NCBI GenBank assembly: GCA_002431395.1
Contig: DJEU01000059.1
Location: 9,753 to 73,752, forward strand
DNA: 64,000 nucleotides
Origin: Lachnoclostridium sp. UBA5890
Lineage (GTDB): Bacteria > Bacillota > Clostridia > Lachnospirales > Lachnospiraceae
Direction of reading: 5' to 3'
The position numbers were made by a program, and so were the translations under genes. Under the pieces are notes generated by a model, which saw nothing but the letters and a program-made list of their open reading frames with translations, was not told where the DNA came from and ran no database searches. Below, piece after piece: positions 28,530 to 36,825 of the stretch; position 1 is the stretch's first letter, and every line of letters starts with the position of its first letter.

Positions 28530-29420
28530 ATGAGATTTGTTATAGTGACAGGTATGAGTGGCGCAGGACGTTCTTCTGCCATGCGGATTTTGGAAGATGA
28601 TGGGTACTTCTGTGTAGATAATCTGCCGGTGTCTCTTTTGCCAACCTTTATGGAATTGACAAAAAATTCCAGTAAACAGATTGAAAAAGTGGCGCTTGGA
28701 CTGGACATCCGTGTCGGAGCAGAAGCATTGCGGGAGACGGCGAGTGTACTCCGGTCGCTGAAAGCCAAAGGTTATGAGTTTGAAATTTTGTTTTTTGAGG
28801 CGAGTACGCCGGTTTTGGTAAAGCGGTACAAGGAGACGAGACGACTTCATCCGCTTGCCAAAGGAGGACGGATCGACTCCGGTATCGAGGCCGAACGGGA
28901 ACTTCTGATCGAATTAAAGAGCAGTGCGGATTACATCATTGATACGAGCACACTGTTGATACGGGATCTGAAGCAGGAGATTGAGCGGATTTTTGAAGAA
29001 GACCAAAGCTGCAATTTTTATCTGACTTTTGTTTCCTTTGGATTCAAATACGGCATTCCGACCGATGCCGATCTTGTCTTTGATGTGCGGTTCCTGCCGA
29101 ATCCGTTTTACATCGACGATCTAAAACCGCTCACCGGCAATGATAAGCCTGTTTTTGATTATGTGATGAACAGTGACACGGCGAAGACATTTTTAGGTAA
29201 ATTAAAAGATATGCTTGATTTTTTAATTCCGAATTATATTACGGAGGGAAAGAATCAGCTTGTGATCGCCATCGGCTGTACGGGCGGAAAGCACCGCTCC
29301 GTTACACTGACCAATGCGATTTACAGTGAATTTGAAAATTCGAATTATGGATGCAAGAAAGAACACCGAGACATCGAGAAGGACAGGTTAAGAAATTTAT
29401 GTCGTTTTCCAGAAAAGTAA
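28530..29420 (+). CDS. rapZ: RNase adapter protein RapZ (YvcJ family, P-loop)
   Basis: 'MRFVIVTGMSGAGRSSA', 'FDVRFLPNPFY', 'IAIGCTGGKHRSV'. Confidence 0.93.
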   Translation: MRFVIVTGMSGAGRSSAMRILEDDGYFCVDNLPVSLLPTFMELTKNSSKQIEKVALGLDIRVGAEALRETASVLRSLKAKGYEFEILFFEASTPVLVKRYKETRRLHPLAKGGRIDSGIEAERELLIELKSSADYIIDTSTLLIRDLKQEIERIFEEDQSCNFYLTFVSFGFKYGIPTDADLVFDVRFLPNPFYIDDLKPLTGNDKPVFDYVMNSDTAKTFLGKLKDMLDFLIPNYITEGKNQLVIAIGCTGGKHRSVTLTNAIYSEFENSNYGCKKEHRDIEKDRLRNLCRFPEK

Positions 29421-30307
29421 AAGAAGAACTTGGCGGACAGATAAGCCGGGCGAGACATTGCCAGATTGCAGAGCTGGCGGCACTTTTTTCCTGCTGTGGA
29501 CGTGTGGTTCCGCAAGATGAACGAAACTTTTTCGTAAAATTTACCACAGAAAACTTGACAGTTGCGAAAAAATATTCTATCTTAATTAAGAAGGCATTTC
29601 ATTTTGATATCGAGATGTCGGTGAGGGGTCACCAATATCTGATCTACATATTAAATCCGGAGGATGCATTAATTTTTCTACAGGCACTTAAAATCCTGGA
29701 GGGGAAGGCATTGGTTCACGAATTGGTTATTCAGCGAAATTGCTGCAAACGGGCATTTATCCGCGGCATTTTTCTGGCGTGCGGTTCGGTGACCGATCCG
29801 GAGAGAGGCTATCATCTTGAAATGGCGGTCGGAACGATGGGAAAAGCAGAAGAACTGGTACAGATTTTAGCAGATTTTCAAATTCCGGCGAAAGTAGTGG
29901 AACGTAAAAAAAACTATATTGTGTATATCAAAGAGGGAGCACTGATCGTAGATCTTCTGAATGTTATGGAAGCTCACGTGGCATTGATGGAGTTTGAAAA
30001 TGTCAGGATTTTGAAAGAAATGCGGAATTCCGTCAACCGACAGGTAAACTGTGAGACGGCGAACATTAAAAAGACTGTGACGGCAGCGACCAGACAGATT
30101 GAAGACATACGTTATATAAAGGAAACAATTGGTTTTGGAACCCTTCCGAAGGGGCTGGCAGAAATTGCCAAACTTCGGCTGGAGTATGCCGAAGTACCGC
30201 TAAAGGAACTCGGAGAAATGTTAGATCCGCCGATCGGGAAATCCGGTGTCAACCATCGGCTCCGTAAATTGAGTGGGATCGCAGAAGATTTAAGACAACG
30301 TCAATAA
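29399..30307 (+). CDS. whiA: DNA-binding protein WhiA
   Basis: Start chosen at 'MSFSRKVKEEL'. Contains LAGLIDADG-like repeats and a C-terminal HTH '..GKSGVNHRLRKL'. The start overlaps the rapZ 3' end by 22 nt. Confidence 0.9.
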   Translation: MSFSRKVKEELGGQISRARHCQIAELAALFSCCGRVVPQDERNFFVKFTTENLTVAKKYSILIKKAFHFDIEMSVRGHQYLIYILNPEDALIFLQALKILEGKALVHELVIQRNCCKRAFIRGIFLACGSVTDPERGYHLEMAVGTMGKAEELVQILADFQIPAKVVERKKNYIVYIKEGALIVDLLNVMEAHVALMEFENVRILKEMRNSVNRQVNCETANIKKTVTAATRQIEDIRYIKETIGFGTLPKGLAEIAKLRLEYAEVPLKELGEMLDPPIGKSGVNHRLRKLSGIAEDLRQRQ

Positions 30308-30331
30308 GACAGCCAGGAGGATAAAATTAAA

Positions 30332-30586
30332 ATGATAGTGAAAGACATCGAAGTTCAGGTATCGGATAATGGGGCGCATTTGATCGCTATGTTGGTGCAG
30401 TTAGCCAGTCAGTTTAAGAGTAAGATCAATATCAAGAAAGAGGATAAGATGGTAAATGCCAAAAGCATCATGGGAATGATGGCGATCGGCTTGACCCCGG
30501 GCCAGAGCATCGAGGTAAATATCGAAGGTGAAGATGAGACGGCAGCAGCCGAAAGCATAGAAAATTATCTTCATGGAAGCAAATAG
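30332..30586 (+). CDS. HPr-family phosphocarrier-like protein (Crh-like)
   Basis: 84 aa. The Ser46 region 'VNAKSIMGMM' is conserved. The His15 region reads 'NGAHLIAM' rather than 'GIHARPA'. Its position after whiA matches B. subtilis crh. Confidence 0.8.
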   Translation: MIVKDIEVQVSDNGAHLIAMLVQLASQFKSKINIKKEDKMVNAKSIMGMMAIGLTPGQSIEVNIEGEDETAAAESIENYLHGSK

Positions 30587-30597
30587 CGACAAAAACA

Positions 30598-30640
30598 GCC
30601 TCTTCTTCAATCGGAGAAGGGGCTATTACTATTATTGAGG
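30598..30640 (+). terminator. Putative intrinsic terminator after the crh-like gene
   Basis: Stem AGCCTCTTC / GAAGGGGCT (one G-U pair), followed by a weak, T-rich tail. Confidence 0.45.
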
Positions 30641-30656
30641 AGAATGGAGGGAAAGC

Positions 30657-33600
30657 ATGTCAAAGGTTCCGTTTACACATTTACATGTTCATACAGAATA
30701 CAGTCTGCTTGACGGTGCCAGTAAGATCGACGAGCTTGTGGCGCGGACAAAAGAATTAGGGATGGACAGCATCGCCATTACGGACCACGGTGTCATGTAT
30801 GGTGTGGTGGATTTTTATCGTGCTGCCCTGAAAGCCGGGATCAAACCAATCATCGGCTGTGAAGTATATGTAGCACCGGGTTCCCGTTTTGACCGAGAGA
30901 TCGGACAGGGAGAGGACCGCTATAACCATTTGGTGCTTCTTGCCGAAAATGATAAGGGGTATCATAATCTGATGAAAATTGTCTCCCGCGGTTTTACCGA
31001 AGGATTTTACTATAAACCCCGCGTGGATTACGAAGTGCTGGAACGTTATCACGAGGGAATTATTGCGCTCAGCGCGTGTCTTGCCGGTGCGGTAGCGACG
31101 CGGCTCGTAAAGGGATTGTATGAAGAGGCAAAAGAAGAGGCACTTCGATTGCAGGAAATATTTGGAAAAGGAAATTTCTTTCTGGAATTACAGGATCATG
31201 GATTGCAGCCACAGCAGATCGTCAATCAGGGACTTTTGCGTATGCACGATGAGACGGGCATTGAACTCGTGGCGACCAATGACCTTCATTATATTTATGA
31301 CACCGACCAGGAAGCACACGATATCCTTTTGTGCATTCAGACCGGGAAAAAGGTAACGGACGAAAACCGTATGCGGTATGACGGCGGACAGTATTATCTG
31401 AAATCGCCGGAAGAAATGGCCGAATTGTTCCCGTATGCGCCGGAAGCCATCACGAATACCCATAAGATCGCAGAACGCTGCAATGTGACGATTGAATTTG
31501 GACATTACAAACTGCCTCATTTTCAGGTGCCGGAAGGCTATACGTCGGAGAGTTACCTGCGGAAATTGTGCCAGGAAGGGCTCGAACGCAAATACCATGA
31601 CAGTAAGTACGATAAACAGATGCTTCAAGACCGCCTGGATTATGAACTGGATACGATTTCCAGTATGGGATTTGTCGATTATTTCCTGATTGTATGGGAT
31701 TTTATCAAATATGCCAAAGACCACGGCATTCCGGTTGGACCAGGGCGTGGCTCGGCAGCCGGAAGTATCGTGGCATATACGCTTCAGATCACGGATATTG
31801 TCGATCCGATCAAGTATAACCTGATCTTTGAGCGTTTTTTGAATAAAGAGCGTGTCACGATGCCGGATATCGATATTGACTTTTGTGTCGAACGCCGGCA
31901 GGAAGTCATTGATTATGTAACGGAAAAATACGGAAAAGAAAAAGTGGTTCAGATCGTTACGTTTGGTACGATGGCAGCGCGCATGGTTATCCGTGATGTC
32001 GGACGTGTGCTGGATCTTCCGTATGCGCTGGTGGATTCCGTGGCAAAAGCGGTGCCGATGGAACTTGGCATCACGATTCAAAAAGGTCTGGAGATGAATC
32101 CGGAGCTGAAGAAAATGTATGAAATGGACGAGGACATCAAGAAACTCATTGATATGTCGATGCGTCTCGAAGGACTTCCTCGCCATACGTCAATTCATGC
32201 CGCGGGCGTCGTCATCAGTCCCGAGGAAGTGGACGAATTTGTACCACTTTCCCGTGCGGCGGACGGTACGATCACGACGCAGTACACGATGGTAACGCTC
32301 GAAGAACTCGGCCTTTTGAAAATGGACTTTCTGGGCTTGCGAAACCTTACGGTCATCAAAAATGCGACCGAGGGCAAATTGTCGCTGCAGGACATCAATT
32401 ACGACGATCCGAACGTTTACGAGATGATCTCTGCCGGAAAGACGGAGGGCGTTTTCCAGCTGGAGAGTGAGGGAATGAAAAACTTCATGAAGGAGTTAAA
32501 GCCGGAATGTCTCGAGGATATCATCGCCGGTATCTCCCTCTACCGTCCGGGCCCGATGGATTTTATCCCCAAATACATCGCCGGAAAAAATGACAGACAC
32601 AATATCGTCTACGACTGCCCGCAGTTAGAGCCAATCTTGAAAAATACCTACGGCTGTATCGTATACCAGGAGCAGGTTATGCAGATCGTGCGTGATCTCG
32701 CCGGTTACAGCTATGGGCAAAGTGACAATGTGCGGCGTGCCATGTCAAAGAAAAAAGCTAAAGAAATGGAACGCAACCGAAATATCTTTATTTATGGCGA
32801 CGAAAGCGAAAATATTGAAGGATGTATCAAACGCGGTATCCCGGAAGAGACGGCAAGTAAGATTTATGCAGACATGACAGATTTTGCCAAATACGCCTTT
32901 AACAAATCGCATGCGGCCGCGTATGCCGTTGTGTCCTATCAGACGGCATATCTGAAATATTACTATCCGAAGGAATTTATGGCAGCACTCCTTACTTCGG
33001 TAATGGATAATACCGGAAAAATTACGGAGTACACGATGAGCTGCCGCCAGATGGGCATCGAGATCCTGCCGCCGGATATCAATGAAGGAGAGGCGAATTT
33101 TACGCCAACCGAAAAGGGAATCCGCTATGGTCTGGCTGCGATCAAGAGTGTCGGTCGGCCGGTCATTGAGGAAATTGTGACAGAACGCCGTGCCGCTGGT
33201 CCGTACGCTTCGCTGAAGGATCTGTGTAGCCGCTTGTCCGGAAAATCGATGAATAAGCGTACGCTGGAAAGTTTTATTAAGGCGGGGGCACTGGACTGCC
33301 TTGAGGGAACGCGCAAGCAGAAAATGAGTGCCTATGCTTCAATCCTGGAAGGCATCAGCCACGAGAAAAAGGCAACGATGACAGGACAACTGTCGCTGTT
33401 TGATTTTGCCAGCGATGAGGATAAAGAAGAACTGGAAACCAAGTTCCCAGATGTCGGCGAATATGATAAAGAGATGATTCTTGCCTTTGAAAAAGAGGTG
33501 CTTGGCCTGTATATCAGTGGTCATCCGCTCGAGGATTATGTCGATGTGATGAAGCGGAATATCACGTGTCAGACGATTGATTTTGCGGTAGCCGACGGAG

Positions 33601-34130
33601 AACGTGTACCTCGGGTCAAAGACAATGAGACGGCAGTAATCGGCGGAATTATTGAAAATAAAGTTGTTAAAACAACGAAAACCAATAATATGATGGCGTT
33701 TATCACGATTGAGGATCTTCTCGGAACGGTGGAAGTGATCGTTTTTCCGCGTGATTACGAGAATTACCGCCCACTTTTGGAAAATGACCGGAAGGTGTTT
33801 ATCAAGGGCCGCGTTACGGTGGAAGAGGACAAACCGGCGAAAATGATCTGCCAGAAGATCGTACCATTTGATGAAGTGCCAAAACAGCTCTGGATCCAGT
33901 TTGCGGACAAGCAGAGTTATCTTGCGGCAGAGCAGTCATTGTTTGATTCTCTGGCAAAATACGACGGTCAGGATAAAGTCATTGTCTATCTGTCTACGGA
34001 GCGTGCAAAAAAGCAGCTTCCCAATAGCCGTATGACAAAAGTCTGTCCGGAATTGCTGGATGAACTTTATAAAAAATTTACAAAAGAAAATGTCAAAGTA
34101 GTACAAATGAGTATTGAAAAAATCCTGTAA
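30657..34130 (+). CDS. dnaE: DNA polymerase III alpha subunit, DnaE type
   Basis: 1157 aa. PHP domain 'FTHLHVHTEYSLLDG', 'PDIDIDF', 'HAAGVVIS', and an OB fold near the C-terminus. Confidence 0.97.
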   Translation: MSKVPFTHLHVHTEYSLLDGASKIDELVARTKELGMDSIAITDHGVMYGVVDFYRAALKAGIKPIIGCEVYVAPGSRFDREIGQGEDRYNHLVLLAENDKGYHNLMKIVSRGFTEGFYYKPRVDYEVLERYHEGIIALSACLAGAVATRLVKGLYEEAKEEALRLQEIFGKGNFFLELQDHGLQPQQIVNQGLLRMHDETGIELVATNDLHYIYDTDQEAHDILLCIQTGKKVTDENRMRYDGGQYYLKSPEEMAELFPYAPEAITNTHKIAERCNVTIEFGHYKLPHFQVPEGYTSESYLRKLCQEGLERKYHDSKYDKQMLQDRLDYELDTISSMGFVDYFLIVWDFIKYAKDHGIPVGPGRGSAAGSIVAYTLQITDIVDPIKYNLIFERFLNKERVTMPDIDIDFCVERRQEVIDYVTEKYGKEKVVQIVTFGTMAARMVIRDVGRVLDLPYALVDSVAKAVPMELGITIQKGLEMNPELKKMYEMDEDIKKLIDMSMRLEGLPRHTSIHAAGVVISPEEVDEFVPLSRAADGTITTQYTMVTLEELGLLKMDFLGLRNLTVIKNATEGKLSLQDINYDDPNVYEMISAGKTEGVFQLESEGMKNFMKELKPECLEDIIAGISLYRPGPMDFIPKYIAGKNDRHNIVYDCPQLEPILKNTYGCIVYQEQVMQIVRDLAGYSYGQSDNVRRAMSKKKAKEMERNRNIFIYGDESENIEGCIKRGIPEETASKIYADMTDFAKYAFNKSHAAAYAVVSYQTAYLKYYYPKEFMAALLTSVMDNTGKITEYTMSCRQMGIEILPPDINEGEANFTPTEKGIRYGLAAIKSVGRPVIEEIVTERRAAGPYASLKDLCSRLSGKSMNKRTLESFIKAGALDCLEGTRKQKMSAYASILEGISHEKKATMTGQLSLFDFASDEDKEELETKFPDVGEYDKEMILAFEKEVLGLYISGHPLEDYVDVMKRNITCQTIDFAVADGERVPRVKDNETAVIGGIIENKVVKTTKTNNMMAFITIEDLLGTVEVIVFPRDYENYRPLLENDRKVFIKGRVTVEEDKPAKMICQKIVPFDEVPKQLWIQFADKQSYLAAEQSLFDSLAKYDGQDKVIVYLSTERAKKQLPNSRMTKVCPELLDELYKKFTKENVKVVQMSIEKIL

Positions 34131-34167
34131 ATATCGTACAATGGAAGAGGATTGGAGGTAAACAGTA

Positions 34168-35145
34168 ATGTCAGAAAAAGCAGTGAAAACGATAGGAGTA
34201 TTGACAAGTGGTGGGGACGCACCAGGTATGAATGCAGCCATCCGTGCTGTAGTTAGATCGGGGTTATCAAGTGGACTGAAAGTAAAAGGTATTCGCCGCG
34301 GATATGCAGGCTTATTAGAAGAAGATATTGTAGATATGGATACAATGAGTGTATCCGATATTGTACAAAAAGGAGGAACTATCCTTTACACTTCCCGTTG
34401 CCCGGAGATGGTAACACCGGAAGGTCAGAAAAAGGCAGCAGATATCTGCCGTAAACACGGCATCGATGGTATCGTTGTTATCGGAGGAGACGGTTCTTTC
34501 CGTGGAGCGCAGAAACTTTCTGCAAACGGAATCAATACGATCGGTGTTCCGGGAACAATCGATCTTGACATCTCTTGTACAGAATATACGATCGGTTTTG
34601 ACACCGCCTGCAACACGGCGATGGAAGCAATCGACAAAGTACGTGATACATCCGCATCCCACGAGCGATGCAGTATCATCGAAGTAATGGGACGTACTGC
34701 CGGCCACATCGCATTGTGGTGTGGTATCAGTAATGGTTCCGAATACATCACGATTCCGGAGCGCTATGACAATGATGAGCAGAAGATTATCGAGAAGATT
34801 CGTGCAAAACGTCGTATCGGTAAAAAGCATCATATCATTGTAAATGCCGAAGGAGTTGGAAATTCTTACCAGATGGCAAAAGACATCGAAGAGGCAACTG
34901 GTATCGAAACACGTGCAACCGTTATCGGTCATATCCAGCGTGGTGGTAACCCATCCTGCCGTGACCGTGTCTATGCATCTTCTATGGGGGCAATGGCTGT
35001 GGATCTTTTGATCGCAGGCAAGACAAATCGTGTCGTAGCTTACCGTTCCGGTAAATTCTGCGATTTCGATATCGATGAAGCGCTGGCGATGACAAAGGAC
35101 ATTGATGAGCATCTTTACAGTTTGACGATGCGCTTGTCTCGATAG
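34168..35145 (+). CDS. pfkA: ATP-dependent 6-phosphofructokinase
   Basis: 'IGVLTSGGDAPGMNAAIRAVV', 'GGDGSFRGA', 'PGTIDLD', 'MGRTAGHIA', 'GHIQRGG'. Confidence 0.96.
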   Translation: MSEKAVKTIGVLTSGGDAPGMNAAIRAVVRSGLSSGLKVKGIRRGYAGLLEEDIVDMDTMSVSDIVQKGGTILYTSRCPEMVTPEGQKKAADICRKHGIDGIVVIGGDGSFRGAQKLSANGINTIGVPGTIDLDISCTEYTIGFDTACNTAMEAIDKVRDTSASHERCSIIEVMGRTAGHIALWCGISNGSEYITIPERYDNDEQKIIEKIRAKRRIGKKHHIIVNAEGVGNSYQMAKDIEEATGIETRATVIGHIQRGGNPSCRDRVYASSMGAMAVDLLIAGKTNRVVAYRSGKFCDFDIDEALAMTKDIDEHLYSLTMRLSR

Positions 35146-35177
35146 TTAATACATTTAAGTTTAGGATTGTATTGTTT

Positions 35178-35206
35178 ACAGGGTTCTTTTCGGAGAGCCC
35201 TGTTTT
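35178..35206 (+). terminator. Intrinsic terminator of pfkA
   Basis: Stem ACAGGGTTCT / AGAGCCCTGT (one G-U pair), followed by TTTT. Confidence 0.7.
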
Positions 35207-35211
35207 GGCAT

Positions 35212-35238
35212 AAAAATAGCATCCCCAGGGATGCTATT
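35212..35238 (-). terminator. Intrinsic terminator of the minus-strand small membrane protein gene
   Basis: Stem TAGCATCC / GGATGCTA. The minus-strand T-run corresponds to AAAAA at 35212-35216 on the + strand. Confidence 0.65.
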
Positions 35239-35259
35239 TGCTTTGCGTTGTTTTAAATA

Positions 35260-35535
35260 TTACTCTTCAGCAGTTTCCTCTGCAGCTGCGTCTTCGTCGT
35301 CGCTTTTTTCCGGCATATTTATGGTGACATAATCTCTTTCGTCATTTGGTGTCTCCGGGAAGTCGTCAGAATCCTCAGACTCTTCGTCCTCCTCGTAAAG
35401 ATCATTATCGAAATCATCGTCATCATAATCATCTACGTAGTCCTTCATCAGGATGTTTTTCAGAAAATACAAAGCGGCTCCGATGGTAGCAAGCGTCGCT
35501 GCTACTCCAAGGAGAAATTTAAAAAACTTTTTCAT
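35260..35535 (-). CDS. Small N-terminally anchored membrane protein with a highly acidic tail
   Basis: Start chosen at 'MKKFFKFLLGVAATLATIGAALYF', preceded by an AAGGA RBS. The remainder is Asp/Glu-rich ('DDYDDDDFDNDLYEEDEESEDSDD'). Confidence 0.6.
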   Translation of the reverse strand: MKKFFKFLLGVAATLATIGAALYFLKNILMKDYVDDYDDDDFDNDLYEEDEESEDSDDFPETPNDERDYVTINMPEKSDDEDAAAEETAEE

Positions 35536-35811
35536 AATCACATCGTCCTTTCTGTCCGTATGCTTAGTGTGGCATTTACGGAAATATATATACATATTTT
35601 ACGGGAAAATAAAGAAAAAGTAAAGGGGTTTTTATACAAAAGTGTGAAGCAAAATAAAAAAAATATATATTTTTTGTGAAAAATAATTGTTGTAATATGA
35701 AGGCAGATGTTGTATTATAATAGGTATGTAGGGGGATTTGGTGATGTAAATACAAAATTTATCATCACAGAAAATTTCTAAATATATACAAATTGAATGG
35801 AGGATTCTGTT

Positions 35812-36291
35812 ATGGCAGCAAAAGCAAATTACTCTAAAAAACCAGCAAATAAAAAAGCGGTTACAGAGAAAAAGGATGTTGTAAAGACTGAGGTTAACCC
35901 AGTAGAGACAAAAAAGGAAACAAAACCGGAGGCAGCAAAGGAAGCTGCACCTGCAGTGACAACAGAGACACCAGCAGCCAAGACAACAACAAAGAAGACG
36001 ACTACAAAGAAAGCAGCAAAATCGGGTGCAAAACGTGGACCGAAACCAGGCGCGAAGCGTGGACCGAAACCGGCATCTGAGCGCACCATCGAAATGACAG
36101 TGCAGTTTGGTGAAAAAGAAGTTACATATACAGATATGGTAAACCGCATTAAAGCAATGTGGAAAGAGCAGGGCAAACGTGAAGTTTCCATGAAGAGCCT
36201 TGAACTGTATGTAAAACCGGAAGAATCCAAAGTATATTATGTAATTAATTCACAGGATAAAAAACCGGTTACCGGAGATATTGATTATTAA
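35812..36291 (+). CDS. Hypothetical protein with a Lys/Thr/Ala-rich N-terminal half and a globular C-terminal domain
   Basis: GGAGGA RBS at 35799 precedes the ATG at 35812. Contains the internal direct repeat 'GAKRGPKPGAKRGPKP'. The C-terminal ~70 aa are not low-complexity. Confidence 0.6.
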   Translation: MAAKANYSKKPANKKAVTEKKDVVKTEVNPVETKKETKPEAAKEAAPAVTTETPAAKTTTKKTTTKKAAKSGAKRGPKPGAKRGPKPASERTIEMTVQFGEKEVTYTDMVNRIKAMWKEQGKREVSMKSLELYVKPEESKVYYVINSQDKKPVTGDIDY

Positions 36292-36305
36292 TTTGCAATG
36301 CAGAG

Positions 36306-36337
36306 CAGCCCATCGCAGTCAGCGGTGGGCTGTTTTT
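36306..36337 (+). terminator. Intrinsic terminator
   Basis: Stem CAGCCCATCGC / GCGGTGGGCTG, followed by TTTTT. Confidence 0.75.
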
Positions 36338-36366
36338 GGGTTTATCGGCTTTATTGATAAATTTTA

Positions 36367-36395
36367 TTGATAATCACCCAAAAACGTGCTATACT
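36367..36395 (+). promoter_or_regulatory. Sigma-A promoter of the hydrogenase-maturation operon
   Basis: TTGATA, a 17-nt spacer, then TGcTATACT (extended -10). Confidence 0.6.
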
Positions 36396-36483
36396 ATAGA
36401 AAAGTCGTACTGACATACGAAGGAAATCCTGAGTAGGAAGGCGGTATAGTTCGAAATACATATTCGTGGCACGAAGTGTTGAC

Positions 36484-36507
36484 GGTCGGCTTTTGCCGAT
36501 CTTTTTT
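36484..36507 (+). terminator. Leader (attenuator-type) terminator between the promoter and the first gene
   Basis: Stem GGTCGGC / GCCGATC (one G-U pair) with loop TTTT, followed by TTTTTT. It lies about 55 nt upstream of the ATG at 36561. Confidence 0.45.
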
Positions 36508-36560
36508 ATTGCTTTAAGGGACATTGCCAGCAAAGCGAAAACACGGAAAGGAGAATTTGC

Positions 36561-36806
36561 ATGGAGAAACGTGTTGCCGTGATCGGAATCGTAGTGGAAA
36601 AAGAAGAATCCGCAGAAACCGTGAATGCGATATTGCATGAATACCGCGACGTGATCGTCGGAAGAATGGGAATCCCCTACCGGGAACGTGGGCTGTCTGT
36701 GATCAGTGTGATTGTTGATGCGCCCAATGCAACGATCAGTGCCATTTCCGGAAAACTTGGGATGACAGACGGAGTAACAAGCAAAGCAATTTATGCAACA
36801 AAATGA
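36561..36806 (+). CDS. TM1266-family iron-only hydrogenase system regulator (ACT-like small protein)
   Basis: 81 aa. 'RVAVIGIVVE..ESAETVNAILHEYRDVIVGRMGIPYRERGLSVISVIVDAP' matches my memory of this family. It lies immediately upstream of hydG. Confidence 0.7.
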   Translation: MEKRVAVIGIVVEKEESAETVNAILHEYRDVIVGRMGIPYRERGLSVISVIVDAPNATISAISGKLGMTDGVTSKAIYATK

Positions 36807-36825
36807 AGTGGAGGAAAGCAAAAAT

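Noticed and set aside
31188-32186. 332-aa minus-strand ORF
   Set aside because: It is antisense to dnaE and its product has no motifs, so it is a shadow ORF. The same reasoning applies to 5072..5965, 21633..22457, 26923..27708, 28161..28850, 34315..35112, 39885..40610 and the other internal antisense ORFs in the track.
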